NCBI GenBank assembly: GCA_900549225.1
Contig: URNP01000001.1
Location: 16,086-80,085, forward strand
Direction: 5' to 3'
Source of the DNA: an uncultured Eubacteriales bacterium
GTDB lineage: Bacteria > Bacillota > Clostridia > Christensenellales > CAG-917
Length of the DNA: 64,000 nt
Position numbers and translations under genes: made by a program
Shown here: one piece after another, positions 36,119 to 45,728 of the stretch
How the letters are laid out: every line of letters begins with the position of its first letter
Position numbering within the stretch: position 1 is the stretch's first letter
Notes under the pieces: generated by a model
What the model was told of the DNA's origin: nothing
The model's database searches: none
The model's input: the letters and a program-made list of their open reading frames with translations, nothing else

Positions 36119-36147
36119 ATTATACCTCAAAAACAGAACAATGTAAA
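36119..36147 (-). promoter_or_regulatory. promoter abutting the hydrolase ATG (TTTACA-17-TATAAT, 7 nt to ATG 36111)
   Basis: Minus strand reads TTTACATTGTTCTGTTTTTGAGGTATAATGCAAGGTATGG. Confidence 0.5.
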
Positions 36148-36396
36148 GAAATAAAACTTTTATATCAAGTATATCGGGCGCAGAGCGCGTGCGTGTGTGA
36201 GAGATTTTATCAAGCGATTGATCGCCGTAATCGTCGGTTGCCTCTTTTATGTAGGATAGCGCCGATGCTTTCAGGCTCGAAGCATATTCCTCGCACATTT
36301 TTTTGACCGTTTCGTCGTCGGGCAGAAGAAAATCCATACGTCACCTCATCGGCAGTATATGCCGATAATCGAAAAAGTGTTTTTTAGCGCCGTTTT

Positions 36397-37551
36397 TCAA
36401 CCGGATTCGCGAACCGATATGGCAACTTTCGGAGTGAACGTGAGAGTGTCCAAGCAGTCTTCCTCGAGAGTGCGCCCGACGGACTGATAAACTTTGGATT
36501 GCAAGGATAGAAAATCTATGCCTATTTCTTTTGACAATTCGTACATTTCGGAAAGTCGTTTTTCAATGTCTTTGGCAAGAGCGTCGGCATATCGGACGAC
36601 TATATCGTCTGCGGTTGAAAGCACTTTGTCTGTGGGAATTTTTTGGACGTCGGCAAAGTCGGCGGAAAGCAATATCTTTGCAGTCACGTTTCTTTTGTCG
36701 GCTTTGGTTTTTACGTCTTTTTTGAGTATTTTGAATTCGATAGTACCCCCGTCTATTGCGGTGTAATTGAGAGTTCCCGTCACGTCGTGACTGTGATAAA
36801 GTGCCAAAATCTCTGCGTATTCGTTTTCGAGAATATAGTTCTTTTCGTCGTTGAAAACAAGTGCGCGCGATATGTCGAACTCAAAAGTATCGTCGTCGCC
36901 GCCTCCCGTTTCGGTGAGAGGAGAGTCCGTTTTTTGAGCAACGATATACGGAATAACGTTGGATTTGCTCCTTGACAAAGAGCGCGCAAGAAAGTCTTTT
37001 GCGGTGGTGCGAATCATCCCGTCAGAACCTTCTTCGTTGACGAGTGCCTGCTGTAAAAAGAAGGGTGAACTTATGGTCGTTCCGATGCGCAAAGACAGCA
37101 TTTCCGAGGGAGATTTGTTGCCTGTGACGAATATCGTTTGCTCGGACAAAGCGTACATCCCCGTCAACGGGTAGACGAGTTGCATATGGTCGAGTTTCAA
37201 CGCCGCAGTTGACACAAACACGACGTTACAGTGCGAAAGCGATATGATTAAACCCATTTTGCGCGCAATGACGTCGAGCGCACCCGCAATCGTTCCGCCC
37301 TTTGCAGAAGTGCATACGAAACTAGTTTGCGAGGTGTCGCCGCTTGACGAGCCGACCAAAACCGCTTGTGTGCTGACCTCAAACGTTTCTTCCGATTCGT
37401 CGTAATCGATGCCTATGCCGAGCACCACTGCGGACTTTGACAACGACGGCGTTTCAACGAGTCTTCCGAAAACGATGAGCGTCACTGCGATTGCAAAAAA
37501 CACAAACCATTTCGTGCGCATAAGATATGAAGATATTTTGAGTTTTTTCAT
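36397..37551 (-). CDS. spore germination protein, Ger(x)C family
   Basis: 384 aa. N-terminal anchor, then SAVVLGIGIDYDESEETFEVSTQAVL, typical of GerAC-type proteins. ATGA overlap with the upstream GerAB-like gene. Confidence 0.75.
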   Translation of the reverse strand: MKKLKISSYLMRTKWFVFFAIAVTLIVFGRLVETPSLSKSAVVLGIGIDYDESEETFEVSTQAVLVGSSSGDTSQTSFVCTSAKGGTIAGALDVIARKMGLIISLSHCNVVFVSTAALKLDHMQLVYPLTGMYALSEQTIFVTGNKSPSEMLSLRIGTTISSPFFLQQALVNEEGSDGMIRTTAKDFLARSLSRSKSNVIPYIVAQKTDSPLTETGGGDDDTFEFDISRALVFNDEKNYILENEYAEILALYHSHDVTGTLNYTAIDGGTIEFKILKKDVKTKADKRNVTAKILLSADFADVQKIPTDKVLSTADDIVVRYADALAKDIEKRLSEMYELSKEIGIDFLSLQSKVYQSVGRTLEEDCLDTLTFTPKVAISVRESG

Positions 37552-38759
37552 TGCGCTTCTCCTTTGGTTGCGTTTTGCTTGAAGGAGAAAAGCACTCCGT
37601 CGTTTTCGCTGTCAGGTAGCGCTTCGAGTTTTGCTATCGAAACGTATTCGCAATCGAGGGCGGCGTACAGATGCGGAAGTCGTTTCTTTTTATGTTTCGC
37701 AACGGCGAAAAGCGCCACCGGTAAGGCAAAAGCGACAGCGCTCAACGCATATCCGAAATTGCCCAAAGCAACGTCCGTCACCTCTTGCAAGGAAGAGGAG
37801 AAAAGAGCGCTGCAAAGCACTGCAATCGGACATATGATTTTTGACGGTGCGTCCAAGCCGAGCGCACGCTTGCACGCTTCATTTGCGCCGTCGTATAAAA
37901 ACGCAAGCGAATAAAGCGACATCATTATTATGCCGAACAGATTCGTCCATTCCATTCTACCGATTTCAAGCGAAAGTTGGTTGAAACTCGCAATGTGTAT
38001 CAGCAAGTCTTTGACCATTTTGAGCGCGTTGCCGTAAAGCGCCACTCCGATGAGTACGATAAGGTTGGCAATCGCCCACGTGGTTGCGATGCCGAGGGTT
38101 ATATACGGTTGTTTTTTGTTGCGAAGTCGCACGAAGACGAAAGGGAACAAATCGCCGAGCCAAAGTCCGTACTTTGGCATCGTGAGAAGTATCTCGCTCG
38201 GTTGCTTCGAGAATATCGGCAGATTTCGTCCGAAATCCAAGTCCGAATCCAAAAACGCAAGATTGAGAATTATCACCGCCAAAAACAGCGGAGCGAAGAG
38301 TTCGCAACTTCTCGCGATTGCGCGAGTGCCTTTCAATCCAAGGTATACTACGGGCAACAAAAACAAAACGTAAATCAGAAAAGGTTGCGTTCCCGTGAAT
38401 AATTCGTGGGTCAGGTACGAGGTGCAGTAGCAGAAATAAAACACGGTTTTCAGCACGAGCCAGCAGGACGCAAAGAGACAGATAATCTTGTATGCAACGC
38501 TGTTCGTTGCCCTCAAAAGTGCGTCGCCGCCCATGCGTGCAAAAGCAAATATAAAGGCGGCGCAAACGCCTTCCACGGCAGTGAAACCGAGAAAAATCCA
38601 AAACGTAGACGAGCCGAATTCCGAGGAAATAATCCCGGGGGCAGAGGACAACTTAAAAGCAAAACCCACCGCTATTATTATTGCGGCGGCTTGTGAATTG
38701 TATATCGTGCCGAGAGGCAGATTTTTGCGTAATCCGTGTTTTATTGTGCTATTGTTCAT
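37548..38759 (-). CDS. spore germination protein, GerAB-type permease-like subunit
   Basis: 403 aa, about 10 TM helices. Positioned between GerAA-like and GerAC-like genes. Confidence 0.75.
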   Translation of the reverse strand: MNNSTIKHGLRKNLPLGTIYNSQAAAIIIAVGFAFKLSSAPGIISSEFGSSTFWIFLGFTAVEGVCAAFIFAFARMGGDALLRATNSVAYKIICLFASCWLVLKTVFYFCYCTSYLTHELFTGTQPFLIYVLFLLPVVYLGLKGTRAIARSCELFAPLFLAVIILNLAFLDSDLDFGRNLPIFSKQPSEILLTMPKYGLWLGDLFPFVFVRLRNKKQPYITLGIATTWAIANLIVLIGVALYGNALKMVKDLLIHIASFNQLSLEIGRMEWTNLFGIIMMSLYSLAFLYDGANEACKRALGLDAPSKIICPIAVLCSALFSSSLQEVTDVALGNFGYALSAVAFALPVALFAVAKHKKKRLPHLYAALDCEYVSIAKLEALPDSENDGVLFSFKQNATKGEAQ

Positions 38760-38777
38760 ATATAAACCTTTGAATCG

Positions 38778-40253
38778 TCATTTTTTGCGTATGCGCCTAC
38801 GGTTTTGCGTGGGTATGGAATACGGTCGCAATTCCATAGCCGACGAGTCTGCTTTCAAAATGCCGTCCTGCAAATCGGGAGATATTCTCGGAGCGTACGG
38901 CGCAAGATACGGCGTGCCGAAATTCTCCAAAGAAGCAAGGTCTGCGATGATGATTATGGTGAGAATTATCATTCCCACAAAACCCAAAACCGCACTTATG
39001 CAAAGATACAAAAAGCGGAGAATCGACATAGGTCCGACCTGATCGGGCACGCAGAATATTCCTATTGCCGACAGCGCTACGACGAGTACGGACGGAGAAG
39101 ATATAAGTCCCGATTTCACGGCGGTGTCGCCAAGCACGATTGCGCCGACGACTGATAGAGATATGCCGAAATAACGAGGCATACGAATGGATGCCTGATT
39201 GAGCACTTCAAAAAGCGTGAGGACTATCAGCATTTCGATTGCGGGCGGAAAAGGTATATTGGTCGTCGCCGCCATAAGGGTCATAAGAAACTTTATGGGT
39301 AGCAATTGAAAGTGATAGGTTTGAAGAGAAATATACGCGGCAGGAAGAAGCACGGTGAGCATTGCGCCGAACATACGAAACATTCGTATCATAGAGGCGC
39401 GCCAATCCCCCGAATAATAGTCGTAGCCGTCCTGAACGTCCTCGAAAACGAGGTAGGGCAGAGTGATTGCAATAGGTGAACCGTCAACGATTATAACTAC
39501 GCGCCCTTCGAGCAATTTTGCCGTTGCGACGTCGGGTTTTTCCGTCGTGCCTGCCTGTATGAAGAACGAGTTTTTCTTGGTCTGAATAAAGGACAAAACG
39601 TAGGCACTGTCCACTATGCCGTCCACGTCGATTTTCTCGATTTTTCGACAGAGCCTGTCAACGATTTGCTTGTCGGCAACGCCCCTTATATACATAAGAG
39701 CAACCGTGGTTGACGAGTATCTGCCCACTTGAAACGTTTTCATCACGAGGTCGGGTGATTTGACGCGCTTTCGTATGAGGGACATATTGGTTTTTATCTC
39801 TTCGATAAAACCCTCGCGCGGACCTTTCATAACCGACGAGGTGGGCGGTTCGCCTATCGCTCTCGACGCAGGTTTGCGCAACGAAAAGACGAAAGCGTTT
39901 TTTTCTCCCTCGATATAAAACGCAATATCGCAAGCGGCGATATTTCCCGGGGACTCCTCTACGGGGACGACTTCGATTTCGTCTGCGTAGGCAACCGTGT
40001 TCTGCAACGATTCGAGAAACGGTTCTTCTATACCGTCGCAATTTTTGAGAGGTCGCACGACGTCCTGTTCAAAGAGAATTTTGTCGATATTGCCGTCGAT
40101 ATAGGCAAAAAGACAGCGTTTGTCGCCCACGTCCAAACGACGACACTTGAAGTCGTCGCTGTATGAAAAAGTTTTTTTCAAATCTCGCTGCAAATCGTCG
40201 ATATTCACATTGTACAGTGTTGCCAAATCGATAGGTTTATAAACGGTGTTCAA
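38778..40253 (-). CDS. spore germination protein, GerAA-type subunit (start uncertain)
   Basis: Signatures ASRAIGEPPTSSVMKGPREGFIEEIKTNMSLIRKRV, TTEKPDV and C-terminal TM helices. The track ORF up to 40496 overlaps the GtrA gene and its terminator. The first in-frame candidate below the terminator is TTG 40253; there is no in-frame ATG near the expected N-terminus. Confidence 0.75.
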   Translation of the reverse strand: MNTVYKPIDLATLYNVNIDDLQRDLKKTFSYSDDFKCRRLDVGDKRCLFAYIDGNIDKILFEQDVVRPLKNCDGIEEPFLESLQNTVAYADEIEVVPVEESPGNIAACDIAFYIEGEKNAFVFSLRKPASRAIGEPPTSSVMKGPREGFIEEIKTNMSLIRKRVKSPDLVMKTFQVGRYSSTTVALMYIRGVADKQIVDRLCRKIEKIDVDGIVDSAYVLSFIQTKKNSFFIQAGTTEKPDVATAKLLEGRVVIIVDGSPIAITLPYLVFEDVQDGYDYYSGDWRASMIRMFRMFGAMLTVLLPAAYISLQTYHFQLLPIKFLMTLMAATTNIPFPPAIEMLIVLTLFEVLNQASIRMPRYFGISLSVVGAIVLGDTAVKSGLISSPSVLVVALSAIGIFCVPDQVGPMSILRFLYLCISAVLGFVGMIILTIIIIADLASLENFGTPYLAPYAPRISPDLQDGILKADSSAMELRPYSIPTQNRRRIRKK

Positions 40254-40258
40254 GCAAC

Positions 40259-40286
40259 AAAAAACCGCTCTCCAAAAGAGAGCGGC
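40259..40286 (-). terminator. intrinsic terminator after the GtrA-like gene
   Basis: Minus strand reads GCCGCTCTC-tttt-GGAGAGCGG followed by TTTTTT. Confidence 0.7.
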
Positions 40287-40309
40287 AAGTATACGATTAA
40301 GTTTTATGA

Positions 40310-40933
40310 TTATTTTTCGGTGTTTTCGGTGTTTTCTTTTTCTTTTTTGTCTTTGGGTTTGCGGAAAACCACGAATTTTTGCCACATAAATTCGAGGGCG
40401 AAGTTGATTATCATAACGGTTGCTTGCGCAATCAAACCTGCTCCGTCTACACTCATGTGCGCAGATAGAAGGTGTTTTATTGTCCAAACATACCATGTTT
40501 GGAACGGGTAGAACGGAACGTAGAACAAAAATGCCAAGATCATGGCTTTTGGTACGTTGCTTGCGTCTTTGAATGTAAATTTTCTGTTAAATGTAAAGTT
40601 CCAGACGATTGAACAACAAAGAGCAACCGTCGTTGCGACGAACGTGACCAAATCCATTTCTTCGACGATAAAAACAATCTTTTTACCGCTCTGGGGGATT
40701 GCTGCTTGCAATATTGCAAAGACAACAATTTGAATAATGCCTGCGCTTGCCGCACAAAGAGCGTATTTGATGAATTGCATCACGCCTTTTCTTTTCTCTT
40801 TTTTAGCGTTTTTCTCGGCTTGTTTCAGGCTTGTTTCGTACAAAATTCCCTTGGGAGATTCGATTGGCGTTTCTTCCGTTTCGGGCGTTGTTTGCTCTAT
40901 GATTTGGTCATTGGTGTTTTGGTCTTGTTCCAT
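40310..40933 (-). CDS. GtrA-family membrane protein
   Basis: 207 aa. Acidic N-terminal extension, then four TM helices with FIKYALCAASAGIIQ and WNFTFNRKFTFK, typical of the GtrA family. SD AGGAG. Confidence 0.75.
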   Translation of the reverse strand: MEQDQNTNDQIIEQTTPETEETPIESPKGILYETSLKQAEKNAKKEKRKGVMQFIKYALCAASAGIIQIVVFAILQAAIPQSGKKIVFIVEEMDLVTFVATTVALCCSIVWNFTFNRKFTFKDASNVPKAMILAFLFYVPFYPFQTWYVWTIKHLLSAHMSVDGAGLIAQATVMIINFALEFMWQKFVVFRKPKDKKEKENTENTEK

Positions 40934-41088
40934 AATTTGCTCCTATGAAAACAGTTTATCATAACGAAGTGAAATGTCAATACCGCTTAAAGAATCTTTG
41001 CGCTTAAAAGTCGTTTTGGTGATAGAAACGGGCTTGACGATAAAGAATTAAATTTCCCCCTGCGCTTTGTGCGCCGGGCAGTTGCCAA

Positions 41089-41153
41089 CAGACGGCGCAG
41101 TCGCTTGTACTACGCACACAAGGCTCGCCGCCTTGCGACTCGTGTTCCGTCTG
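41089..41153. repeat. long hairpin flanked by hairpin-repeat end motifs
   Basis: CAGACGG.GTCGC...GCGAC.CCGTCTG. Flanked by TTGCCAACAG on the left and CGAATAAG on the right, which together resemble the CCAAACAGCGAATAAC end of the repeat family. Confidence 0.5.
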
Positions 41154-41182
41154 CGAATAAGTGTCGTATCCTAAAAGGCTAT

Positions 41183-41285
41183 AAAATAGATGAATAACAA
41201 GAAGGCGCACCCTTGGCACAAAACCCAGCGTACCGACGTACGTGATTTTGTGAAAAGAGTGCGCTACCGAAGTTAGTCGCTATTT
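41183..41285 (-). repeat. rod-like hairpin repeat element, full copy in minus orientation
   Basis: Minus strand reads AGCGACTAAC...GCGCAC.CTT..CACAAAAT.ACGTAC-gtcg-GTACG..GTTTTGTG..AAG.GTGCGC...CTTCTTGTTATTCATCT. Lies just 3' of gdhA. Confidence 0.8.
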
Positions 41286-41294
41286 TACAGCCTT

Positions 41295-42641
41295 TTAGTT
41301 GATTCCTTGCGCTATCATAGCGTCCGCCACCTTCTTAAATCCTGCAAGGTTTGCGCCTTTGACGAGGTTGTAATCGAGGCCGTATGCGTCGAGTGCGCCG
41401 CAGATTTGAGTGTGGATACCTTTCATGATTTGTTTGAGTTTTGCGTCCACTTCTTCTTTCGTCCAAGCAAGACGTTCGCTGTTTTGTGACATTTCAAGTC
41501 CGCTCGTTGCAACGCCGCCTGCGTTGACCGCTTTGGACGGGGTGACGAGAACGCCGTGTTCTTGCAAATATGCGATTGCCTCGTTGGTGGTGGGCATGTT
41601 GGAAACTTCGTTGAGCACGGGCACGCCGAGTTTGACCATTGCCACAGCGTCGTCCAAAAGAACTTCGTTTTGTCTTGCGCAAGGCATATAGACGTCTGCT
41701 TTGACGTTGCCCCACGGCTTCTTGCCTGCGACGAATTCGCAGCCGTATTTGTCGGAGTAGTCTTGCACTCTGTTGCGGTTGGAGGCACGCATTTCAAGCA
41801 AGAAATCGATCTTTTCGCCGCTCACGCCGTCCGGATCGTAGATATATCCGTCAGGACCGGAGAGGGTGATGACTTTGCCGCCGAGTTCGTCGATTTTCTT
41901 TGTAGCGCCCCATGCGACGTTGCCGAAACCACTCAAACAAAAGGTCTTGCCTGCGAGGTGTTCGCCTTGATGTTTGAACACTTCTTCAAGGAAGTAGGTT
42001 GCGCCGAAGCCCGTTGCTTCGGGACGAATGAGAGAACCGCCGTAACTGAGGCCTTTTCCGGTGAGAACGCCGTTTTCGTAAGCGCCGACGATTTTCTTAT
42101 ATTGACCGAACAAATAGCCGATTTCGCGACCGCCGACGCCCATATCGCCTGCGGGAACGTCCATATTAGGTCCGATATGACGATAAAGTTCGTTCATAAA
42201 GGATTGGCAGAAACGCATGATTTCGGAATCGCTCTTGCCGGTGGGATCGAAGTCCGCGCCGCCCTTTGCGCCGCCCATAGGAAGGGAGGTGAGGGAGTTT
42301 TTGAAAGTTTGCTCGAAACCGAGGAACTTCATTGCGTCGAGGTTGACGTCCTTTTGGAATCTCAAACCGCCCTTGTAAGGCCCGATAGCATTGTTGAATT
42401 GAACGCGGAAACCGCGGTTGACGTGATAATTTCCGTTGTCATCCATCCAAGGAACGCGGAACATAATCTGTCTGTCCGGTTCGACGAGGCGCTCGAGGAT
42501 GACGTTTTTGCGCATCAATTGCTCGTTTTGCTCGATAGCCGGAGTCAAAGACGTGAGAACCTCTTTGACGGTTTGCATAAATTGAGGCTGATTTGGATTT
42601 TTCAATTCAGTCTGCTCTATGACTTCACTGATGTATGACAT
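41295..42641 (-). CDS. gdhA: NADP-specific glutamate dehydrogenase
   Basis: 448 aa. LPMGGAKGGADFDP, GFGNVAWGA Rossmann motif. Hexameric GDH length and layout. SD GAGGAAAA. Confidence 0.95.
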   Translation of the reverse strand: MSYISEVIEQTELKNPNQPQFMQTVKEVLTSLTPAIEQNEQLMRKNVILERLVEPDRQIMFRVPWMDDNGNYHVNRGFRVQFNNAIGPYKGGLRFQKDVNLDAMKFLGFEQTFKNSLTSLPMGGAKGGADFDPTGKSDSEIMRFCQSFMNELYRHIGPNMDVPAGDMGVGGREIGYLFGQYKKIVGAYENGVLTGKGLSYGGSLIRPEATGFGATYFLEEVFKHQGEHLAGKTFCLSGFGNVAWGATKKIDELGGKVITLSGPDGYIYDPDGVSGEKIDFLLEMRASNRNRVQDYSDKYGCEFVAGKKPWGNVKADVYMPCARQNEVLLDDAVAMVKLGVPVLNEVSNMPTTNEAIAYLQEHGVLVTPSKAVNAGGVATSGLEMSQNSERLAWTKEEVDAKLKQIMKGIHTQICGALDAYGLDYNLVKGANLAGFKKVADAMIAQGIN

Positions 42642-42924
42642 ATTTTCCTCCTGAACTCGGCGTATTGCCGATTTATGATTAAATAATATACTTTTAGAAT
42701 GTCAAAATCAACCCCGAAATAAAAATCGAAGAGGTCAGTTCAAAGATTAATTTCACGAAACGATAAATATGCACACAAAACCCGTGAAGTGTCGATTTTT
42801 TGAAAGGACGGCGGCATATAATTTATAAAAAGGCGGTGTAAACAGGGAATTTTTCAACGTCTTGTGAGAGTATAGAGGGGTATCACGCAACATATTGGGC
42901 GAGCAAATTTTCTTGAAAATCGTA

Positions 42925-42953
42925 TTGAATTATGTTTTGGGATATGCTATGAT
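42925..42953 (+). promoter_or_regulatory. promoter for the large-protein operon (TTGAAT-17-TATGAT)
   Basis: TTGAAT at 42925..42930 and TATGAT at 42948..42953. The ~70-nt leader carries the small stem CGCAC-acac-GTGCG. Confidence 0.45.
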
Positions 42954-43025
42954 AGTACAGTAAATCATATTCGGGTGCGCTCGCACACACGTGCGTTGCA
43001 ATCTCAAATCAATGAGGAGAAAGTT

Positions 43026-45725
43026 ATGAGCCAAACTCAACAGTACAAAAAGGTCAAGTTGTACCGCACCCTCAAAGTGGTGTTCTATATGCTTGGTCTT
43101 CCCTTGTTCCTGGTTGCGGTGTGCTTCACCGCGGTCAGATTCATCGGCCACGATCCGTTTATGGGAGATACGACTTTCACAACCGGATTGGGCTTCTTCA
43201 AGCAGGCGGAATCTTACATTACCGCACCTGCGCTTTACGGCGTTTGGATCGGCTTCGGAGTGTGGGCGTTCATTTCAATCGTGCACATTGTCCTGAGCAA
43301 AACCGTAAAGAATCCGCGCGTGAGAATGTTCTCCGTGGTTGCGGTGTGCATGGCGGTTATGCTTCTTACCGGCGTCGTTATGGACGTTGCGCTTGAAAAG
43401 CAGGTTACCGCTTTGCAGGAACAGTATGCAGGCACGGACGTCGTCGTCAACGATTATAAGACGCAACTTTCTTATTATCGTACGGTTTCGTCGAACGCAG
43501 TCAAGAAAAACGACACGCTCAACCTTATCGCCCAAGTCGATTTGCTTAAAAACGCCTACAACGTAGAGATGGAAGGCGCGGACAAGAGCGGTGTGGCAGG
43601 CAATATCTCCAACAAGCCCGTCACTTATTTCTCCGTCATTTCCGACGACGGCAAACAGGGCGTAGATATCAGTTTCCGAGCACAAACCGTTAAAAAGGAC
43701 GGAAAAGACGTTAAAACGGGATTGTACGAACTTGACGTTGACGAAACGAAAGGCAACACGATCAAAGGCGACGACAAGGACTTGCTCAGAGATCATAAAA
43801 ACAATTTCAAAGACGCTTTCAACGAGAAATACAACGAGGTTGCAGAGGGTGAAAAGGGATACAATCCTTACGCTTACAAACAAAGCCCCGAATATAACCA
43901 AATTATCAGACTCAAACCGAACGGCGAGGGCAAACTCGTCATCAACGGAACGGTCTATTCTCATTATTTCTACAAAATGAAAACTACCAAAGCCGGCGAA
44001 GACATTTACGTTTGGTATGCAAGAGATCTTGCTCCCGACACTCTCGACGATTCCGATCTCACGAACGTCACGTTCCCCACGAGAGACGGCATCTACGGCA
44101 CGGGTATTTACAACAGCAACGGTATGCTTTCGGACGGCTGGGTGTTCAGCCTCGACAACGTGCTGAATATTTTGGACGATTACTATTCCGCACAGGAAGA
44201 TATCGAGAAAAACGGCTACGACAAACAATTCGCAAAAGTTTATGCGGCTGCGTTGCAAGCGCGTGAAGATTACTACACGGGCAAAATCGCAGATCCCGAA
44301 ACCAAAGAAAAATGCCCCGAATGGCTGCAAGCACTCTATCAACAAGAGATAGATTTTGCGGACAATTTCTCGCTCACTCGCAACGGACTCGATTATCTCA
44401 TCGCAAAAGTCGGCGCATTGCTCGGCAACAACCACTTGTTTGACTTCTTGCTCAAAACGGGCGACGAAAACGGCGTTGACCAAGTCATCGGCAAACTTCC
44501 CGAATCCTTCGGACTCGGCGCAATCCTCGGTCCTATTCTTACGACCTTGCAAAAGGGCGCAAGTTTCAAAGGCGCGCCGTTCAATATGACCGATGAAACG
44601 TTGACGACCGTTCTTGAATGGGTCAAACCGCTCCTCGGCGTGAACGTTGACACCGAAATTCACGATTTGTATCTTATGGTCACTTACGCAGGCGCAGAAG
44701 ACGGTTGGGGCAACGTCAGAGACGGTCTTTACGTCGCTCTCGTCAAAGACGGCGGCCCGGTCACCGACGAAGCAGGCAACGTGACTTATCCGATGGGCAC
44801 CGATCAAAGAAAGGCGGACGAAGGCGGCGACGTGCTTGTCGATATCGACTTCACGGACGCATTCGTACAAGTGGGCGATGACGGCAACGTCGAATATAAT
44901 TTCGACCTCGATCACCTCAGCACTTTCCTCAACACCGCACTCAACGGATTGATGACCAAACTCGGCACGACGATGCCCGATATTATGAACGGCACCGCTC
45001 CCGGCATTGCGGGAACGATCGGCACGGTTCTCAAGTTGTTCATCAAAGAAATGGACGTTGACGGCAACACTTATTACGGTCTTACGATCAGCGGCATCAA
45101 GATTCCGCTTCTCGATTCTACTAAAAACTTCGCAATCGACGTTTCGGGAATCTTGACGGGATTGCTTGACGGATTGTATTTCTATCAATCTCCGGCGATC
45201 AAACCAGTGTGGGAGTTCTACACTTGGAAAGCAACCAAATCCACTTTGGCGGCGGCAGAGGCTTATGAAAAATACGAAAGAGCCAACTATGAAGCCACCG
45301 CATTCGGATCGATGATCGGCTCGACGCTCGTTGGCGACACCATCGGTGCGGGCACTTATCCTTCTGCTCTCGGTCTTACGTCTTTGACGGCAGTCAGACA
45401 ACTCAAAGCGGATTTGAGTTATAAACCCAAATTCTATCCTCTTTACGGCGTACGCGATATGCTGTTCTTCTTCTGCGGAATCGTAGTATTGTTCTACTTC
45501 TTGAGTTTCGTTGCACAAGAGAAAGAACTCGAATACGCAAACGGCACGGTCGTTGCAGAAGAAAAGAGGGCAAAGAAAGCGAAAAAAGCCCAAAAAGCGG
45601 ATTTTGAAGTGGACTTTGCCGAGAACGGACAAAACGAAGTCGTTCAAGACGAAGAAACGGTGCAAAACGCAGGGGAGGACCTTCAAATCCCTGTAGACGA
45701 GAATTCTGACAAGGAGGTGCTGTAA
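43026..45725 (+). CDS. hypothetical large envelope protein A (3 N-terminal TM helices, ~680-aa external region, C-terminal TM helix)
   Basis: Start at ATG 43026 (GAGGAGAAAG SD). 899 aa. TM helices near residues 15-40, 70-92, 103-125 and 810-828. Lys/Glu-rich tail. No domain recognised. Confidence 0.7.
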   Translation: MSQTQQYKKVKLYRTLKVVFYMLGLPLFLVAVCFTAVRFIGHDPFMGDTTFTTGLGFFKQAESYITAPALYGVWIGFGVWAFISIVHIVLSKTVKNPRVRMFSVVAVCMAVMLLTGVVMDVALEKQVTALQEQYAGTDVVVNDYKTQLSYYRTVSSNAVKKNDTLNLIAQVDLLKNAYNVEMEGADKSGVAGNISNKPVTYFSVISDDGKQGVDISFRAQTVKKDGKDVKTGLYELDVDETKGNTIKGDDKDLLRDHKNNFKDAFNEKYNEVAEGEKGYNPYAYKQSPEYNQIIRLKPNGEGKLVINGTVYSHYFYKMKTTKAGEDIYVWYARDLAPDTLDDSDLTNVTFPTRDGIYGTGIYNSNGMLSDGWVFSLDNVLNILDDYYSAQEDIEKNGYDKQFAKVYAAALQAREDYYTGKIADPETKEKCPEWLQALYQQEIDFADNFSLTRNGLDYLIAKVGALLGNNHLFDFLLKTGDENGVDQVIGKLPESFGLGAILGPILTTLQKGASFKGAPFNMTDETLTTVLEWVKPLLGVNVDTEIHDLYLMVTYAGAEDGWGNVRDGLYVALVKDGGPVTDEAGNVTYPMGTDQRKADEGGDVLVDIDFTDAFVQVGDDGNVEYNFDLDHLSTFLNTALNGLMTKLGTTMPDIMNGTAPGIAGTIGTVLKLFIKEMDVDGNTYYGLTISGIKIPLLDSTKNFAIDVSGILTGLLDGLYFYQSPAIKPVWEFYTWKATKSTLAAAEAYEKYERANYEATAFGSMIGSTLVGDTIGAGTYPSALGLTSLTAVRQLKADLSYKPKFYPLYGVRDMLFFFCGIVVLFYFLSFVAQEKELEYANGTVVAEEKRAKKAKKAQKADFEVDFAENGQNEVVQDEETVQNAGEDLQIPVDENSDKEVL

Positions 45726-45728
45726 TCT

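Noticed and set aside
36011-36337. 108-aa minus-strand ORF between the ger operon and the hydrolase gene (MDFLLPDDETVKKMCEEYASS...)
   Set aside because: It has a plausible GAGGTGA SD and an acidic helical start. However, it reads through the hydrolase promoter and overlaps the hydrolase gene by about 100 nt in another frame. Evidence is insufficient, although a shorter real peptide cannot be excluded.
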